A DNA stretch of 64,000 bases, taken from Balanoglossus misakiensis (lineage: Eukaryota > Animalia > Hemichordata). Every line of letters begins with the position of its first letter. Within the stretch, counting starts at the first letter, position 1. A program made the translations under genes and the position numbers. Below, piece by piece: positions 1-14,080 of this stretch. Under the pieces are notes generated by a model. That model was not told the origin of the DNA, did no database searches, and was given only the letters and a program-made list of their open reading frames with translations. Location: contig CM082597.2 in the NCBI GenBank assembly GCA_040954595.2, positions 6,019,244-6,083,243 on the forward strand, read 5' to 3'.

Positions 1-290
1 GAAGAAATTTTGAAATTTCGCAAAGTCGAAAAATGGTCATTTTTGGATGATTTTCATGAGCTATAACCCATGATTTTTGTCAAAAAATGAAGATATTTTA
101 AAATTTCGCGAAGTCGAAAAATGGTCATTTTTGGATGATTTTCATGAGCTAGAACCCATGATTTTTGTCAAAAAATGAAGATATTTTGAATTTTCGCAAA
201 GTCGAAAAATTGTCATTTTTGGATGATTTTCATGACCTATAACCCATGATTTTTGTCAAAAAATGAAGATATTTTGAAATTTCGCAAAGT
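1..290. repeat. 88-bp tandem repeat, ~3.3 copies, truncated by the window edge
   Basis: Unit gaaga(a/t)atttt...tttttgtcaaaaaat restarts at 1, 89, 177 and 265. Confidence 0.93.
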
Positions 291-584
291 CTGCTTGTGG
301 TATATGGTCACCTCTAATGTACGTATGCATATTTATGGTCGAAAGGGTTGATTGGTGTAGGAGAACACTTCATAAGACTGTAGAATTAATCACACAAGAC
401 GACAAAAATTGTATGCTAGAGATGGTTTTATTTCTATGATGCTATCATGTGCTTTGAGAACAAAGCAGTCTAAACAGGTAATTATGTTTGAGGATGAGTT
501 AATGTGGTTTGAAAATAACTACTACCAGTCACCTAAGCATGCATTATTTTTATCTGCTGTATTTGTGTCGAATCCAATCCCTGT

Positions 585-3500
585 CTACAGAGCCATAACC
601 TCGAATTCACACATATGCAACTGCTGCTCTCTGTCGATGAGTTGAATGCTGACGTAGCGGCCGCTCATTGGCGTCTCACAGCCACATCTGACATGAATCG
701 GCTGTTCCTTGGCCATTCTACCAAGTATCATCATCCCGCACACTGGATTTTCTTTGAAGTTTGCACTGTTGCCAACACGTATTTCTCCACTCTTAATGCG
801 GAAGGCTGAAAGAGATTTAGACATTGTAATACCTTCATGAGAGGTCTTATAAAGAGATGCCGAAAACCGGGCCCTGGAAACAAAAAGTTTCCTGCTCAAG
901 AACAACGTAAGAAATTATGTGCACATGGATAGGACGCCATTACAATCAAGTAAACCCCTGCTAAACACAACGGGAAATCCCATACAACAAGAGGGCGCTA
1001 GACCGCCAACAAAAGTTTGGCTGACTGGCAACTAGAAGGCATTCTTAATACTTGATAGAACTTACGACAGCAATCTCCTCTGTTGGTGATCACAATCTCG
1101 TATATATCATAGGCGCGTCCTAAATCCACTTTCCACCATGGCTGGTATTCTTTGTTGGTCCAGGAGCATGCGCCGGATGAAACATCACTGTTGTAGTTTC
1201 CGTCCACGGCATTAGATGCTGCGCCGTCTTTTTTCGGTTTGTCTGAGCTCTGTGTAGCCTGCTTTCCACGGGCGACATTTTGAATGCCAGGTGGGAATTC
1301 ACAGGCTAGGCGGTGTGAGAAGAAAGTGTTACACGTGTTTTAAATGGTGACACTCATTGACAACGGAAATCAGTCAGCCAATAACTGCAGGGCTTTGATC
1401 GCATTAAATGGTCATTCTCTGTCTGGTTTTTACATTAATTAAAACATGTATTGTTGTTAGCTTATCAAGTTATTGGGTAATCAGCTGAAGAGATTTGAAC
1501 GCGTTTTCGAGCTCTGTAAAAGACAGGTCACTTTCTAAGGTTAAAGGTGAGAGCAACGTCTCAACTTTTAGAAGGGCCAACGCCTGCATAGCACCCTTTA
1601 TAGCAAACAGTGTTGAGATATATGCAGTCTATGAACGCTAACATGACATGATTTGCACCAGTGAGCTCCCATAAGGGGATAGTCTTATCCTCTGATCAAA
1701 AGAAAATCATTATATCGCTTTTCCATCAAAAAACACTAAATTGAATTAAGATAAAATTTATAAAGCTCCAACTCACGTGGTAATGTGGGAATATAGGTTG
1801 TTTCAGGAATGTCTGAAAAAATACAAATACAATAATTGTTAATCACAGATATTTTTATCATGATGACAAATGTAATTTCATCATTATCAAATCATCTTCA
1901 CAAATGCGAACACTCGAAAATCATGAAAAAAGCCTAAATGGAGATATGCAAATCTTTTCTATCAACTACCATATTCTGCCCATGCATCTAACAATATCAC
2001 AAATGTATAGTTATGACAACAATATTGAAACGCTTGAAAAAATACACCTACGGTTATATTCTGTGGTCGGCTCTGGGGGCGCTTCCGTTGGGGGCGCTTC
2101 TGTCGGTGGTGCCTCCGTTGGGGGCGCTTCTGTTGGTGGTGCCTCCGTTGGGGGCGCTTCTGTCGGTGGTGCCTCCGTTGGGGGCGCTTCTGTTGGTGGT
2201 GCCTCCGTTGGGGGCGCTTCTGTCGGTGGTGCCTCCGTTGGTGGAGGTTGTGGTGTTCCAGCTGAGTAAAGGAAGTTGTTTTACATACATTTCCGGTATA
2301 TCTTTGAGAATATTTTCAACAAAACAATTAAATCTAGCGATGTTAGACTCCACCATTATAAACCAAGTCGAGTCCCTAAATTTTGTGCACAACATACACC
2401 ACTTAAAACGATGACAAGACCAATTCGTCCTTGAAAAACTGTTGCCCTTAATCATGTGCGTGTAAAACAAGTATTTTCATCTGTGAGTTTCTGCCCATAT
2501 TAAATCACCCGAGAAGTCATACTAGTATTATCCAAGCGTGTTGTAGAGGCTGTGAGGCTGCGTTAATCAGAAAGCAATTGTGTAAGACATTAAGCGATTC
2601 AGATTAAGGGATAAATGTAAGTTGATCAGGAGCGGTGTGAACGAGAAAATGACGGCAAGGCAGAAAGTGCAAAAGATGACAGGTCGCATACCTTGTTTTT
2701 CACAAATAAACCATGAATCAGGGACCCTCCAGTTCAGTGCCCGGTCGTTCCATCTAAAATTAGAGTAGTCACTGCTTCTCAGTTCGAATTCAGCAGACTT
2801 TTCAACATTTCCATCGTTAGGTTCACCGCGATTCCAGGGCATAAAGCTTTGGTCTACAGCTGTTCCATCAGACCATTTGTAACCTTGACCAGGCTATAAG
2901 AAAGAAAATTCCATACACGTTTGCAAGTTGCACACTTCTACAATGAATCCAAGGTCGTGTCTTCAACATCCTGCGTCGTAAGTTCCCTTTGACATTTATA
3001 GCTAGGGGGAGGTGCGAAAATCATTCCTGTATGAAATAACCAGTACAGCTTCTCCCTTTTACTAAATTTCGCCGTATTGGTCACAATTAGGGCTTAAAAT
3101 TACAACACAATTTGTAACTCAGACTACCCCTCCAATAAAGTGACCAATCATAACCTTTCCACATCGATAGACAATCACTTACCCTGTATACCAATCCAAT
3201 GTACAGATTACACATCCATATTGGACTACATGCACTTATATCGAGCTTTGAAACTTCTGCAGATAGGAAACTGTGTACACCCCGCGTGTCTTTGGCCAAG
3301 TGGCCTCCTTCATCTTGGCAATAATCTTCGGCCTGAGTCCAAGTCAAGCGGCTGGTGCTGAAGTAATAGCATTTAGTTCCAAAGAGCTTCCAACCTACGT
3401 CACACATTAGGGCTGATATAATATAAGAAAATAAGTATAGTTTTTTCAGTATTATAAAGGCTTCTATTTAAACTGTTGGTAGACATAGACTAACAGTGAT

Positions 3501-5270
3501 TAACATAACAATGACAACTTGTGGCTGATATTTGCCCTCCAATAAACAACCAACATCTTCCTATACAATTTCGTGTTCAGTGTGTTGACCAAGACGTCCA
3601 CACTTTGGTTATAATCCCCCAAATGGCGATTTTTCCACCGCCGTTTTGGGGATTACCTAGACTTGCTCCAAGTCTATTGGCTTCATTATGTGTAGAGAAC
3701 GCTACCCGAAACCACAAGCTCAGTCGCAAATTCGAAACTCGCCTCACTACCAAAACCACGCTCAAGGCAAGCATGCATGCAAAAAGTATTGCAATTATTT
3801 ATTAAGACAAAAAACCACCTAAAACACACAAGTATTGAGATTTAAAAATCACCAAGCGACTAGAGGGCTAGTCTAGGAATTACTACCTACAACGTTTGTG
3901 CAGGCCTAGTTTGGCATGCTTATACGTACGTATAGTTTCCTCTGGCTTTTCACAGATGAACCATGATTCTGGTATCCTCCAGTTCAGTGCCCGGTCGTTC
4001 CATCTAAAATTGGAGTAGTCGCTGCTTCTCAGTTCGATTTCAGCAGACTTTTCAACATTTCCATCGTTAGGTTCACCGCGTTTCCAAGGCATAAAGCTTT
4101 GGTCTACAGCTGTTCCATCAGACCATTTGTAACCTTGACCAGGCTATGAGAAAGAGAATTCCATATACCTTTACAAGTTACACACTATTGCAATAAATCG
4201 AATGATATGTCTTCAACTTACTGCAGTGTTTTTCCCATTTGCCATTAAAAGACGGACGATTCAACGAATTTATGAATGCTGTGACGTTTAGAGGGGTCTT
4301 CTAAAAAAAAACAATCATCAATAAATATACAATTATTATATGTCCTGATCCTTCCTTGCAGTCTCCTCAGCGGTGTATGCATTAAATCGTTTAGTCAAAG
4401 AGGAAACTCCAATTGTGTCATGTACCAACGCTACATGCCACGTGATTATGATGTAATACCGAGTTTTACTGATAATTCGCCCATCCAAAAAAATCGCTCA
4501 TGGGCGATTTTTTGGCTGATGGGTGACTTTTTGGGATTTTTAAATTGAATTCTCGGCCGTAACATGTAAAATAGAACATCTACGATTCACCAAAGATTCG
4601 CCAAAGTTGTTTTAAAATGTAGCCAAATTATCGCCCTGGGCGACTAATTGGTTCCAGGCGTGCACCTGTCAGTTTCCTCATTTTCCACTTAAAGGGACAA
4701 AGTCTCTCTCTCGCTGCCCCTTTTCCATTAATTATGTTTGATACAAGACACCATTTATGTTAATGTAAATGTGGATATATAGTGAATCAATGATCAACCA
4801 CACAAAACTTCCATCCCACTTGTATGATATGATTGTAAAAACTCGCCCAAAATGAATAAATGGTAAAGAACGATTATTCATTTTGGCGAGTTTTTTCACT
4901 CTCCTGTCTATAAGAGGGATGGAAGTTGTGTGTGGTTGAACGTTCATTCACTATATATCCACATGTAGAATAACAAAACGGTGTCTTGTATCAAATATAA
5001 TTAATGGAAAAAAGGGCAGCGAGAGAGAGACTTTGTCCCTTTAATAGCCCTGGGCGAACTATCAGTAAAACCTGGTATTATCCATAGCAACCATGGCTGC
5101 GTATCATTTAACAATCCGACAAGTGAAATAAAACTATACACAAAATGTTATTTGGATCTCAAACTACTCGTTATCATGTTATTGCCACAAAAATATTCCA
5201 AATGAAGAAATATGTGCAGGTTATTTTGTGTTTTGTACCATTCAACATGGAAAGATAACTAACTAACTAT

Positions 5271-5342
<72 letters not shown>

Positions 5343-7109
5343 ATACAATGTACATAAATAAATAATGACATACTTACCCTGTAGATCAATCCAATGTACA
5401 GATTACACATCCATATAGGACTACATGCACTTATATCGAGCTTTGAAACTTCTGCAGATAGGAAACTGTGTACATCTCGCGTGTCTTTGGCCAGGTGGCC
5501 TCCTTCATCTTGGCAATAATCTTCGGCTTGAGACCAAGTCAAGCGGTTGGTGCTGAAGTAATAGCACTTATTGCCAAATCCCTTCCAATTCGACTGACAG
5601 TTTGCTATATTTTGTGATTTGGTAAAAAAAAAGTATCGCATTTAATTTATACTCGGTTGAGAGAGTTAGCAGGCATATCGGGTGATATAAGATGAAATAG
5701 AGCAAACATGCATTTGAGACAAACCTAGTTGGTAGAAAATGTACAGCGTCCACAGAATTTGCACCAATGGATTACAAAGTATGTTCATTACTGACAGTGT
5801 TGAAATATCACAGATATACAAAAGAGCGACGATAAGGCTTTGATAGCTACAATAGATTTGGATGGTAGGGGCGATGCAGTTGTGTGTGGCCCGTCGTTTC
5901 ATCTATTTTAGCGTTATCACAGCAGGAAGTGTTATCAGCAAACAACATCAGACAAAAGCTCTGACCTATTTTGATTTTCATCATTAACTGACTAAGATTG
6001 GAGCGCTAGCTGACATAATGCAAGTCAAATGATTAATCAACTTGTCTAATACATACAAACAGTTTCCTCTGGCTTCTCACAGATGTACCATGATTCTGGT
6101 ATCCTCCAGTTCAGTGCCCGGTCGTTCCATCTAAAATCAGAGTAGTCGCTGCTTCTCAGTTCGATTTCAGCAGACTTTTCAACATTTCCATCATTAGGTT
6201 CACCGCGTTTCCAAGGCATAAAGCTTTCGTCTACAGCTGTTCCATCAGACCATTTGTAACCTTGACCAGGCTATGTGAAAGAGAATTCCATACATTAGTT
6301 TGCAAGTTTTACATTTACACAAACAATCCAATGACGCGTCTTCAACCTTCTGCATCATATTTATTTTCATTTCTCTTTCTGAGATGGACAGAGCAAAAGG
6401 GTTCTTGTATGAAATAACTAAAAATATGCATTCACCTTTACTGATTTTTGAAATGCATTACTATTATTCACCCTCAGCGGCTCTGGTTAACATTGTAACA
6501 CAAGTTGTAACAATATGAATGCATTGATAGACAATCACTTACCCTGTATATCAATCCAATGTATAGATTACACATCCATATAGGACTACATGCACTTATA
6601 TCGAGCTTTGCAACTTCTGCAGATAGGAAACTGTGTACATCCCGCGTGTCTTTAGCCAAGTGGCCGCCTTTAACTCTGCAATCGTCTTCAGCTTGGGTCC
6701 ATGTCAAGCGGTTGGTGCTGAAGAAGTAACACTTATTGCCAAATCCCTTCCATCCAGATGGACAATTTGCTGTTATGGATTAAACAAGAAAAGAATGACC
6801 CATTTACTCAAGGAGATTGCAGGAATCTCCCGCATATGTGGCTTCAACGCGACGCACAGGATTAACACCTTTTCAACTGGATGATATTTTACTGCAAACG
6901 GACAGTAAATGTCGTGTGTGAACCTGGTAAAAGTCGACCAGACTGGCTTAAGGATACAGGTATACCCAATATCTAGATTGACGCAGACATATGTGAGTGT
7001 CGAAGATAAACATATTGTTGTGACATAATTTATGCCAAGTCCAAAATAACATACCTGTTGCGCCTAACTTGACGAACAGGACAAAAACCAAGGTAACCAG
7101 AAATCTCAT
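585..7109 (-). CDS. Lectin gene A: secreted protein with 3 C-type lectin domains, a Pro/Thr-rich linker and a C-terminal F-type lectin (fucolectin/FTP) domain, 691 aa
   Basis: 11 coding exons, all GT-AG and phase-compatible: 7055-7109 (MRFLVTLVFVLFVKLGAT signal peptide), 6543-6769, 6057-6270, 5378-5604, 3930-4143, 3183-3412, 2692-2893, 2052-2261, 1777-1812, 1066-1305, 585-805; total 2076 nt. CTLD motifs: W..F..KCY.F, YIGL, EPN, WND, (F/Y)ICEK. F-type motifs: NVARGKQATQSS, NAVDG, PWWKVDLG, ITNRGDCC, GRYVSI, LHMCEFEV. Poly(A) signal AATAAA on minus at 427-432. Confidence 0.9.
2075..2240 (-). repeat. Coding 15-bp tandem repeat, ~11 x PTEAP (mucin-like linker in gene A exon 2052-2261)
   Basis: Read in the spliced frame as AGTPQPP(PTEAP)n..EPTTEYN; the exon has an AG acceptor and a GT donor and is phase 1/1. 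Confidence 0.88.
4454..5080. mobile_element. Non-autonomous TIR element hosting a nested MITE
   Basis: taataccgagttttactgataattcgccca at 4454 is an imperfect inverted repeat of tgggcgaactatcagtaaaacctggtatta ending at 5080. Confidence 0.6.
4689..5044. mobile_element. MITE with TTAA target duplication and AGG..CCT ends (Kolobok-like), copy 1
   Basis: TTAA-agggacaaagtctctctctcgctgccc ... gggcagcgagagagagactttgtccct-TTAA. Same family at 12117 and 22234, fragment at ~18260-18375. Confidence 0.85.
5257..5342. repeat. (TAAC)n microsatellite
   Basis: Direct reading. Confidence 0.95.
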
Positions 7110-7309
7110 TCTCGTCAGCCAGCAAAGCAGCAAATCTTGTGTCTGAAATAAAAAAAACATGACCATATGTAATAAAGTGTCAATATACTGGATCTGTAAA
7201 ATGTATAAGTTCGGTTCGGCGATATATTTTACAACCATGTGGAGATATGGGTCTTTTGATATTTTAACTGACAGATCCAGGGTCAATGAGAACGTTTCCA
7301 AGGGAGATG

Positions 7310-7640
<331 letters not shown>

Positions 7641-9349
7641 GAAATAAATCAAATCAATCACCTAATCGATCGATCGACCACCCTCACTCAAACATTAACA
7701 AAATTTGGCATAAATTCAGCGGCATTCAAATTTTTTACAGCGAGCATGGTGGTAAAATTAGCAGAGGCGTGTAATAAAACCCGCAAAATATGAAAACGTT
7801 ATTTATAAATACGACATATTTGTAAATGTCATGTCAATAATATCATTTGTATGGATTTGAATGGGTTGCCATGGGGTAAAACTTCGCATCCCGCCTACAC
7901 TCAATGAGTAAAATAGGAATAGGTAAATTTGGTGAACGATTAAAACTAACAACCCGCAACATTGTTGTTTTTAGCCTATCGTGAATTTTTACGTGTCAAT
8001 AGAACCACAGTCTTTCTGAAACACACTGGGGTCTGGATTCCAGACTAGATTTACGAAAACCTGGCTCATGACAGAGTAAAATTTGAAGTAACAATTAACT
8101 GAATGAGAGGCTTAGATTATGGGAAGAACCGTAAAATACAGACGGGTCCTCACATGAATTTGTACTGACAGTGGAATGTGCCCTTTGTGGGTACAATTAT
8201 TATACAATGTACGTGATTCAGTAAAAACATTCTGGAGTGAAATGCAAGTGGTCTTTTGCCAACTTTATTCTCCATTTACCTACGTGATTTGGCAGTACCA
8301 TTTGAGAAGACCACATCAGGGTACGAGTGGGAGATCGTGAAATAAGTGCCTTTTTTATACTAGCGCAGGCAATATATTATGACTATATCTGATGTAGTCC
8401 ATAAATGGCACGGTAATAAACGAACATAAATTAGGCACAGCCAGCTCGAACAACATTCGCTCAATTCCCAAACGTGTATGGTGGGTAGGACCGGAACGTA
8501 GGGCGAGTTTGACAGGTCGGGAATCAAACAACCCACACTGTGAATGATAATAGACGATGACGTATAAAATGTGGTAAACTGCACTGGATACATGACGAAA
8601 CACATGCGTGGCCATGTCTTCTACAGAAATACCCCATTTCTTTGTAACACCTTTTGGAAAGCAAGTGGCGAGTCGTTTATTTTCTACCAGACATTGTAGT
8701 TTCCGAAAATAGCCAAATAGTCCATGATAAATCACCAATAGAATTGTCGCTCCCAACAGGTGCTTGTCAACAGACACCTCGCTGTTTTCTCATATAGGTA
8801 ACTTCCCATGGCCATTTTGTGACATATGGTTGACTTCAATTGAGAGTGCAAACAATTGGTAAATCAAGGAAACTAAATGATAAATTGTAAATGCGACTTA
8901 CAGTCACTATTGGTGTCTTGACGTAGATTGTCTCATGTAGTCTGGCCTATAGTGATCTTTAGTGAAAATTGTCGAGAACGAGTTCCTTCTTTAGGCAAAA
9001 GGTGTTTGACAGAGTTTTGTATGGAAAATATGCATGCACTCGCAGGTTTTACGACAGAACACGACGAGCCGGCTATTCATTATTGTGTTTTTTTCTTGTA
9101 TGTAGAATGTTTGAACACTTTACACATCTGCGCGTCAAAGCAGTTGGAATTGCATTTACCAGGGGCTAGTATATTCATCTGAACCTGATCTTCCCAAATA
9201 TCTTGCTCATTTTCAAAGCTCACGTACTTTTTGTTCTTACCACTGAAACCACATACATATTTTTCTATAAAGTCCGTGGCAGCGTTTGACACTTAACAAG
9301 ACTACATCTGAAAAATAAATGCACAATTAAAAAAAGCAAATGTACTCAC

Positions 9350-9541
9350 CAGTGATTATGCTCTACCCAGCTCAGACACTGTGGCCTGAATGCTCCAACG
9401 TTGCTTTATAACAACTTAAAAGTTGACTTCAATTTACATATGCCCTTATATGGTTAGAATGACGTGTCCATTTTAGTAATCAACTGATCATGCGTTAGAG
9501 CACTTTTCTCGCGTGGACACGCAATGAAGATGCGTGATTGG
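9350..9541 (-). promoter_or_regulatory. Core promoter and non-coding exon 1 of lectin gene A
   Basis: On minus: CCAAT 9537-9541, TATAAA 9405-9410, donor CTG|GTGAGT at 9350/9349. All conserved in the paralogue. Confidence 0.6.
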
Positions 9542-10860
9542 CCAGATCTTCTCTTTCATGGTAATTTTTGGATAGTTTGCAGAAATAACTGTGTACGTCA
9601 GAATGCTTTGGTCAGCAAAGTTCTAAATTTAGTGGGACGGTTTCTATAATGACAACGTAATACCCGCATATCTAATACCACCGAGATGGTGTGAAGAGAA
9701 GACGGCCAGTGGGAGAAGTTGACCAGTGTCCATGTTAGAAAAACTAGGGCCAGTTCTTCATCTACCGTATTTCTACGTCCACGGTACAAACTACATAATC
9801 ACCACTGCAAAGCTAAGAGCTACAGACCTGTGGACAACGGGCGTAGTATACCTTATATCGCGCTTTATAGTGTTGAGCAGCACTCTCCATGCTGTCTCTG
9901 TGAATCATTTTTTATCCATTTGACAACAAATTCTCAAACAGGTTTCAAAGCCCTTATTTAGATTTAAAACACACTAATTCGTTAAGTATACAAACTTACA
10001 GGGGACTAACATAACACATTTGAACTCTCAAAGTTCAGTTAGATGTTGGTTGGAACAATATCTGGCGCAAGTTCTATCAAACTTGGTGCAGTACTTTGAC
10101 ATATATCACTACTGTCAAAGTGTGTTAAATGAGCAAAAATATTGACACGACACGTATAGAAACATCAGAACATGTAAGATAGATATTTGTAGGTTTCATC
10201 AAATTTTCTGCAGTAATACGACAATTCAGGCAATTTGCTCTCCATGCACAACCGTTATGAGTTTTAAAAAATGCACTGATGTGAATGAGCGCGAAAATAT
10301 GGCGACCCATCCCGACATCATTAGACAACTACAAAAACAAAATAAAGAAGTATAGAAATTGCTGGTACAGTATTTTGATCTATTTGCAGATTTTACAGTA
10401 TCAGGCAACTACATAAGCTGTAAATATTGATGCTACTATGAATACTTCTGAGTGATTTAATGGAGACCGAACACGACGAATTTACATATATAGGGCGGGC
10501 GGATGACCCCAACATTGACAGATAAAAATATCCAAATTTTGATGATGAACAAACGCAAATATGTAAATGAAGTAGAAACAGTTGTAAATCGCATAGTAAT
10601 TTGCATGTGACGCATATCAAACTATTTACATTGTGAAACAATAGTATGATTAAAATACCTGCAAAGATGCCTAAACTTTTGCAGATTACTTTCTGTGACG
10701 TGCCTATTAATATTCATACTACCTTCAAAAAGTTTTGCTACATAGGCGAATGATGAAAAATTCATTTGGACGCCCCAGCTTTACATAATAAAAATGTAAG
10801 TTCAAAAGCTAGAGTATTCTAACAATAAAGTTCTATGCATTTTCCATTTGACATCTTGAC

Positions 10861-11176
10861 TATGTATGTATGTATGTATGTATGTATGTATGTATGTATG
10901 TATGTATGTATGTATGTATGTATGTATGTATGTATGTATGTATGTATGTATGTATGTATGTACATGTATGTATGTATGTATGTATTTATGTATGTGTGTG
11001 TGTGTATGTATGTATATATGTATGTATGTATGTATTAATGTATGTATGTATGTGTATGTATGTATGTATGTATGTATGTATGTATGTATGTATGTATGTA
11101 TGTATGTATGTATGTATGTATGTATGTATGTATGTATGTATGTATGTATGTATCTATGTATCTATGTATCTATGTA
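10861..11176. repeat. (TATG)n microsatellite
   Basis: Direct reading; source of the spurious MYVC ORFs. Confidence 0.95.
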
Positions 11177-11583
11177 TTGTACTGAATTGTATCTGGTCTG
11201 CAGCACACGATCGTAATGCAAGAGCTCATAAATAATTTACCTGTAGATTTATTGTCGGGGTCACATTTACAAGGCCCGTGTAACCCGTCCTTCCAAATAC
11301 CTCTCTTGATTTACAGCTGTCCTCTTTCCGACTGGCGTCAGAGCCGAGGATTTTATTTCATTTCACGTCACATAATTCATGTTTGCAGGCACATCGGGCC
11401 ACTCTATGAAAAAAAATATGGCAGTGAATAACTGTCGAAATGTTGCAAACACTCGTTTACTGAACGACATTAGCCCAGAATTGGTCAGATGGGATGAAAT
11501 TATTGCAAGAAATCTCATGGCGTCAACAGGTCGACAGACTGTGGAGGTTTTGGTGGGGTTTGGATCTCAGGCACATAAGTATG

Positions 11584-11871
11584 TAGCCTCGGTTACCCAG
11601 ACCCCCCTGCTTCTTCCGTTGGGCACTCCAGAAAGAGGGTCTGGGGAAACCCCATAGACAAATCTCCGGGCAAAGATGGCCGACTCGGGACAAAAGTTGT
11701 GGTTGCCGTTTCAAACATAAAAAAAACGTATGTCATAAATTTTGACCATCATGCATCGCTTTTGTCCCGAGTCGGCCATCTTTGCCCGGAGATTTGTCTA
11801 TGGGGTTTCCCCAGACCCTCTTTCTGGAGTGCCCAACGGAAGAAGCAGGGGGGTCTGGGTAACCGAGACTA
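11584..11871. mobile_element. MITE with 113-bp TIRs, TAG..CTA ends and a 9-bp TSD (AcademH- or MULE-like)
   Basis: TIRs 11584-11696 and 11759-11871; ATAAGTATG at 11575-11583 and 11872-11880. Confidence 0.88.
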
Positions 11872-12116
11872 ATAAGTATGTGGTATTGAATTAGCTCAAG
11901 GCCTGACAACATGTATACATCCGATAACGAGAAAGATCCCTATGTTGTCAAACGGACTTAAACACCTGACAGAAAATGATTCCCAACATTTAACATTTCC
12001 GTCAGCATGACAGTTGTGTTACAATAAACAGGTGCCACACCCGTTTATCCAATCGCCAATTGCAAGAATACAAAACTATTGTGGTACGCACACATGGGTA
12101 TTAAAATCTTCACAAA

Positions 12117-12474
12117 TTAAAGGGACAAAGTCTCTCTCTCGCTGCCCTTTTTCTATTAATTATGTTTGATACGTATACAAGACACCGATTAAGTTATTCT
12201 ACATGAGGATATATAGTGAATCACGTTCGACCACACACAACTTCCATCCCATTTTTAGACACAAGAGTGAAAAGCTCGCCAAAATGAATAATCAGTCTTT
12301 ACCATTTATTCATTTTGGCGAGATGTTTACTCTCGTATCCTACAAACGGGATAGAAGTGTGTGTGATCGTACGTTGATTCACTATAGATCCACATGTAGA
12401 ATAACATAAACAGTGTCTTGTATCAAACATAATTAATGGAAATAGGGCAGTAGAGAGAGAGACTTTGTCTTTAA
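12117..12474. mobile_element. TTAA MITE (Kolobok-like), copy 2
   Basis: Same TIRs as 4689-5044; the internal part is in the opposite orientation. Confidence 0.85.
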
Positions 12475-13889
12475 ACAAAATGAAGGCTTAGAATTCAAGT
12501 GTTTTATTGATTTAAATACATGCTACAAGTGCATGGCAGCTGTTGGGACTTTAATGGTGCTAGCTCTCTCTTACGTAGAACCTCCAAATCAGCTGAATAA
12601 TACATATCATTTTGAAACAAACCACACACACTCGATATCCATTGCAAGTCATGTTCTTGTAAGCAATTTGACAAACGAAATACTCGGCTATAAACGAAAA
12701 TAGCAAGTTCTACTTTATGGTGACCACTAAAATTTCGATCCGTTGATTTGGAAATCCTATTCAACAAGTACAGTATCTTTGTGATCAGTCACTATGTAAA
12801 TAGTTTGATATGCGTCACATGCAAATTACTATGCGATTTACAACTGCTTCTACTTCATTTACATATTTGCATTTGTTCATCATCAAAGTTAGGATATTTT
12901 TATCTGTCAGTGTTGGGGTCATCCGACCGCGCTGTCCAATATATGTAAATTCGTCGTGTTCGGTCTCCAATAACTCACCCACAAGGACGCACAGTAGCGT
13001 CAATATTTACAGCCCTTGCAGTTCCCGATACAGTAAAATCTGCAAAAAGATCAAAATACTGTACCAGCAATTTATTGATTTCTTTATTTTGGTTTTTGTA
13101 TTTGTCTAATGGTGTCGGGATGGGTCGCCATATTTTCGCGCTCATTCACATCAGTGCATTTTTTTAAACTCATAACGGTTGTGCATGGAGAGCAAATTGC
13201 CTGAATTGTCGTATTACTGCAGAAAATTTGATGAAACCTACAGATATCTATCATACATGTTCTGATATTTCTATGCGTGTCGTGTCAATATTTTTGCTCA
13301 TTTAACACACTTTGAAAGTAGTGATATCAAAAGTACTGCACCAAGTTTGATGGAACTTGCACCAGATTGCTCCAATCAACATCTAAGTGAACTTTGTGAG
13401 TTTAAAAGTGTTATGTTAGTTACCTGTTAGTTTGTATATTTAACGAATTAGTGTGTAAACTGTTATACATATAAATCAAGAAGCTTTGAAACCTGTTCGA
13501 GAATTTGTTGGCAAATGAAAAAAAAATACTGATTCAAGAGACTGCATAGAGAGTGCTGCTCAACACTATAAAGCGTGATATAAGGTATACTACGCCCGTG
13601 GTCCACAGATCTGTAGCTCTCAGCTTTGCAGTGGTGATTATGTAGTTTGTACCGTGGACGTAGAAATAGATGAAGAACTGGCCCTAGATTTTCTAACATG
13701 GACACTGGTCAACTTCTCCCACCGGCCGTCTTATCTTCACACCATCTCTGTGGTATTAGATATGCGGGTATTAAGTTGTCGTTATAGAAACCATCTCACT
13801 AAATTTAGAACTTTGCTGACCAAAGCATTCTGACGTACACATTTATTTCTGCAAACTATCCAAAAATTACCATGAAAGAGAAGATCTGG

Positions 13890-14080
13890 CCAATCACGCA
13901 TCTTCATTGCGTGTCCACGCGAGAAAAGTGCTCTAACGCATGATCAGTTGATTCTATAATAGACACGTCATTCTAACCATATAAGGACATATGTAAATTG
14001 AAATTAACTTTTAAGTTGTTATAAATCAACGTTGGAGCATTCAGGCCACAGTGTCTGAGCTGGGTAGAGCATAATCACTG
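13890..14080 (+). promoter_or_regulatory. Core promoter and non-coding exon 1 of lectin gene B
   Basis: CCAAT 13890-13894, TATAAA 14020-14025, donor CTG|GTGAGT at 14080/14081, acceptor of exon 2 at 14196/14197. Confidence 0.6.

Noticed and set aside
1904-2470. ORFs with GGASV, VVPPLGALL or NGGTTDRSAP repeats
   Set aside because: Alternative frames of the PTEAP exon; only the PTEAP frame fits the splice sites and phases.
972-6831. NF-kB-like sites GGGAAATCCC (972-981) and GGGAGATTCC (6822-6831, minus) in gene A introns
   Set aside because: Short motifs expected by chance; the second is not conserved in gene B.
8200-9300. Coding-looking sequence in gene A intron 1
   Set aside because: No recognisable motif and no consistent frame; needs BLASTX.
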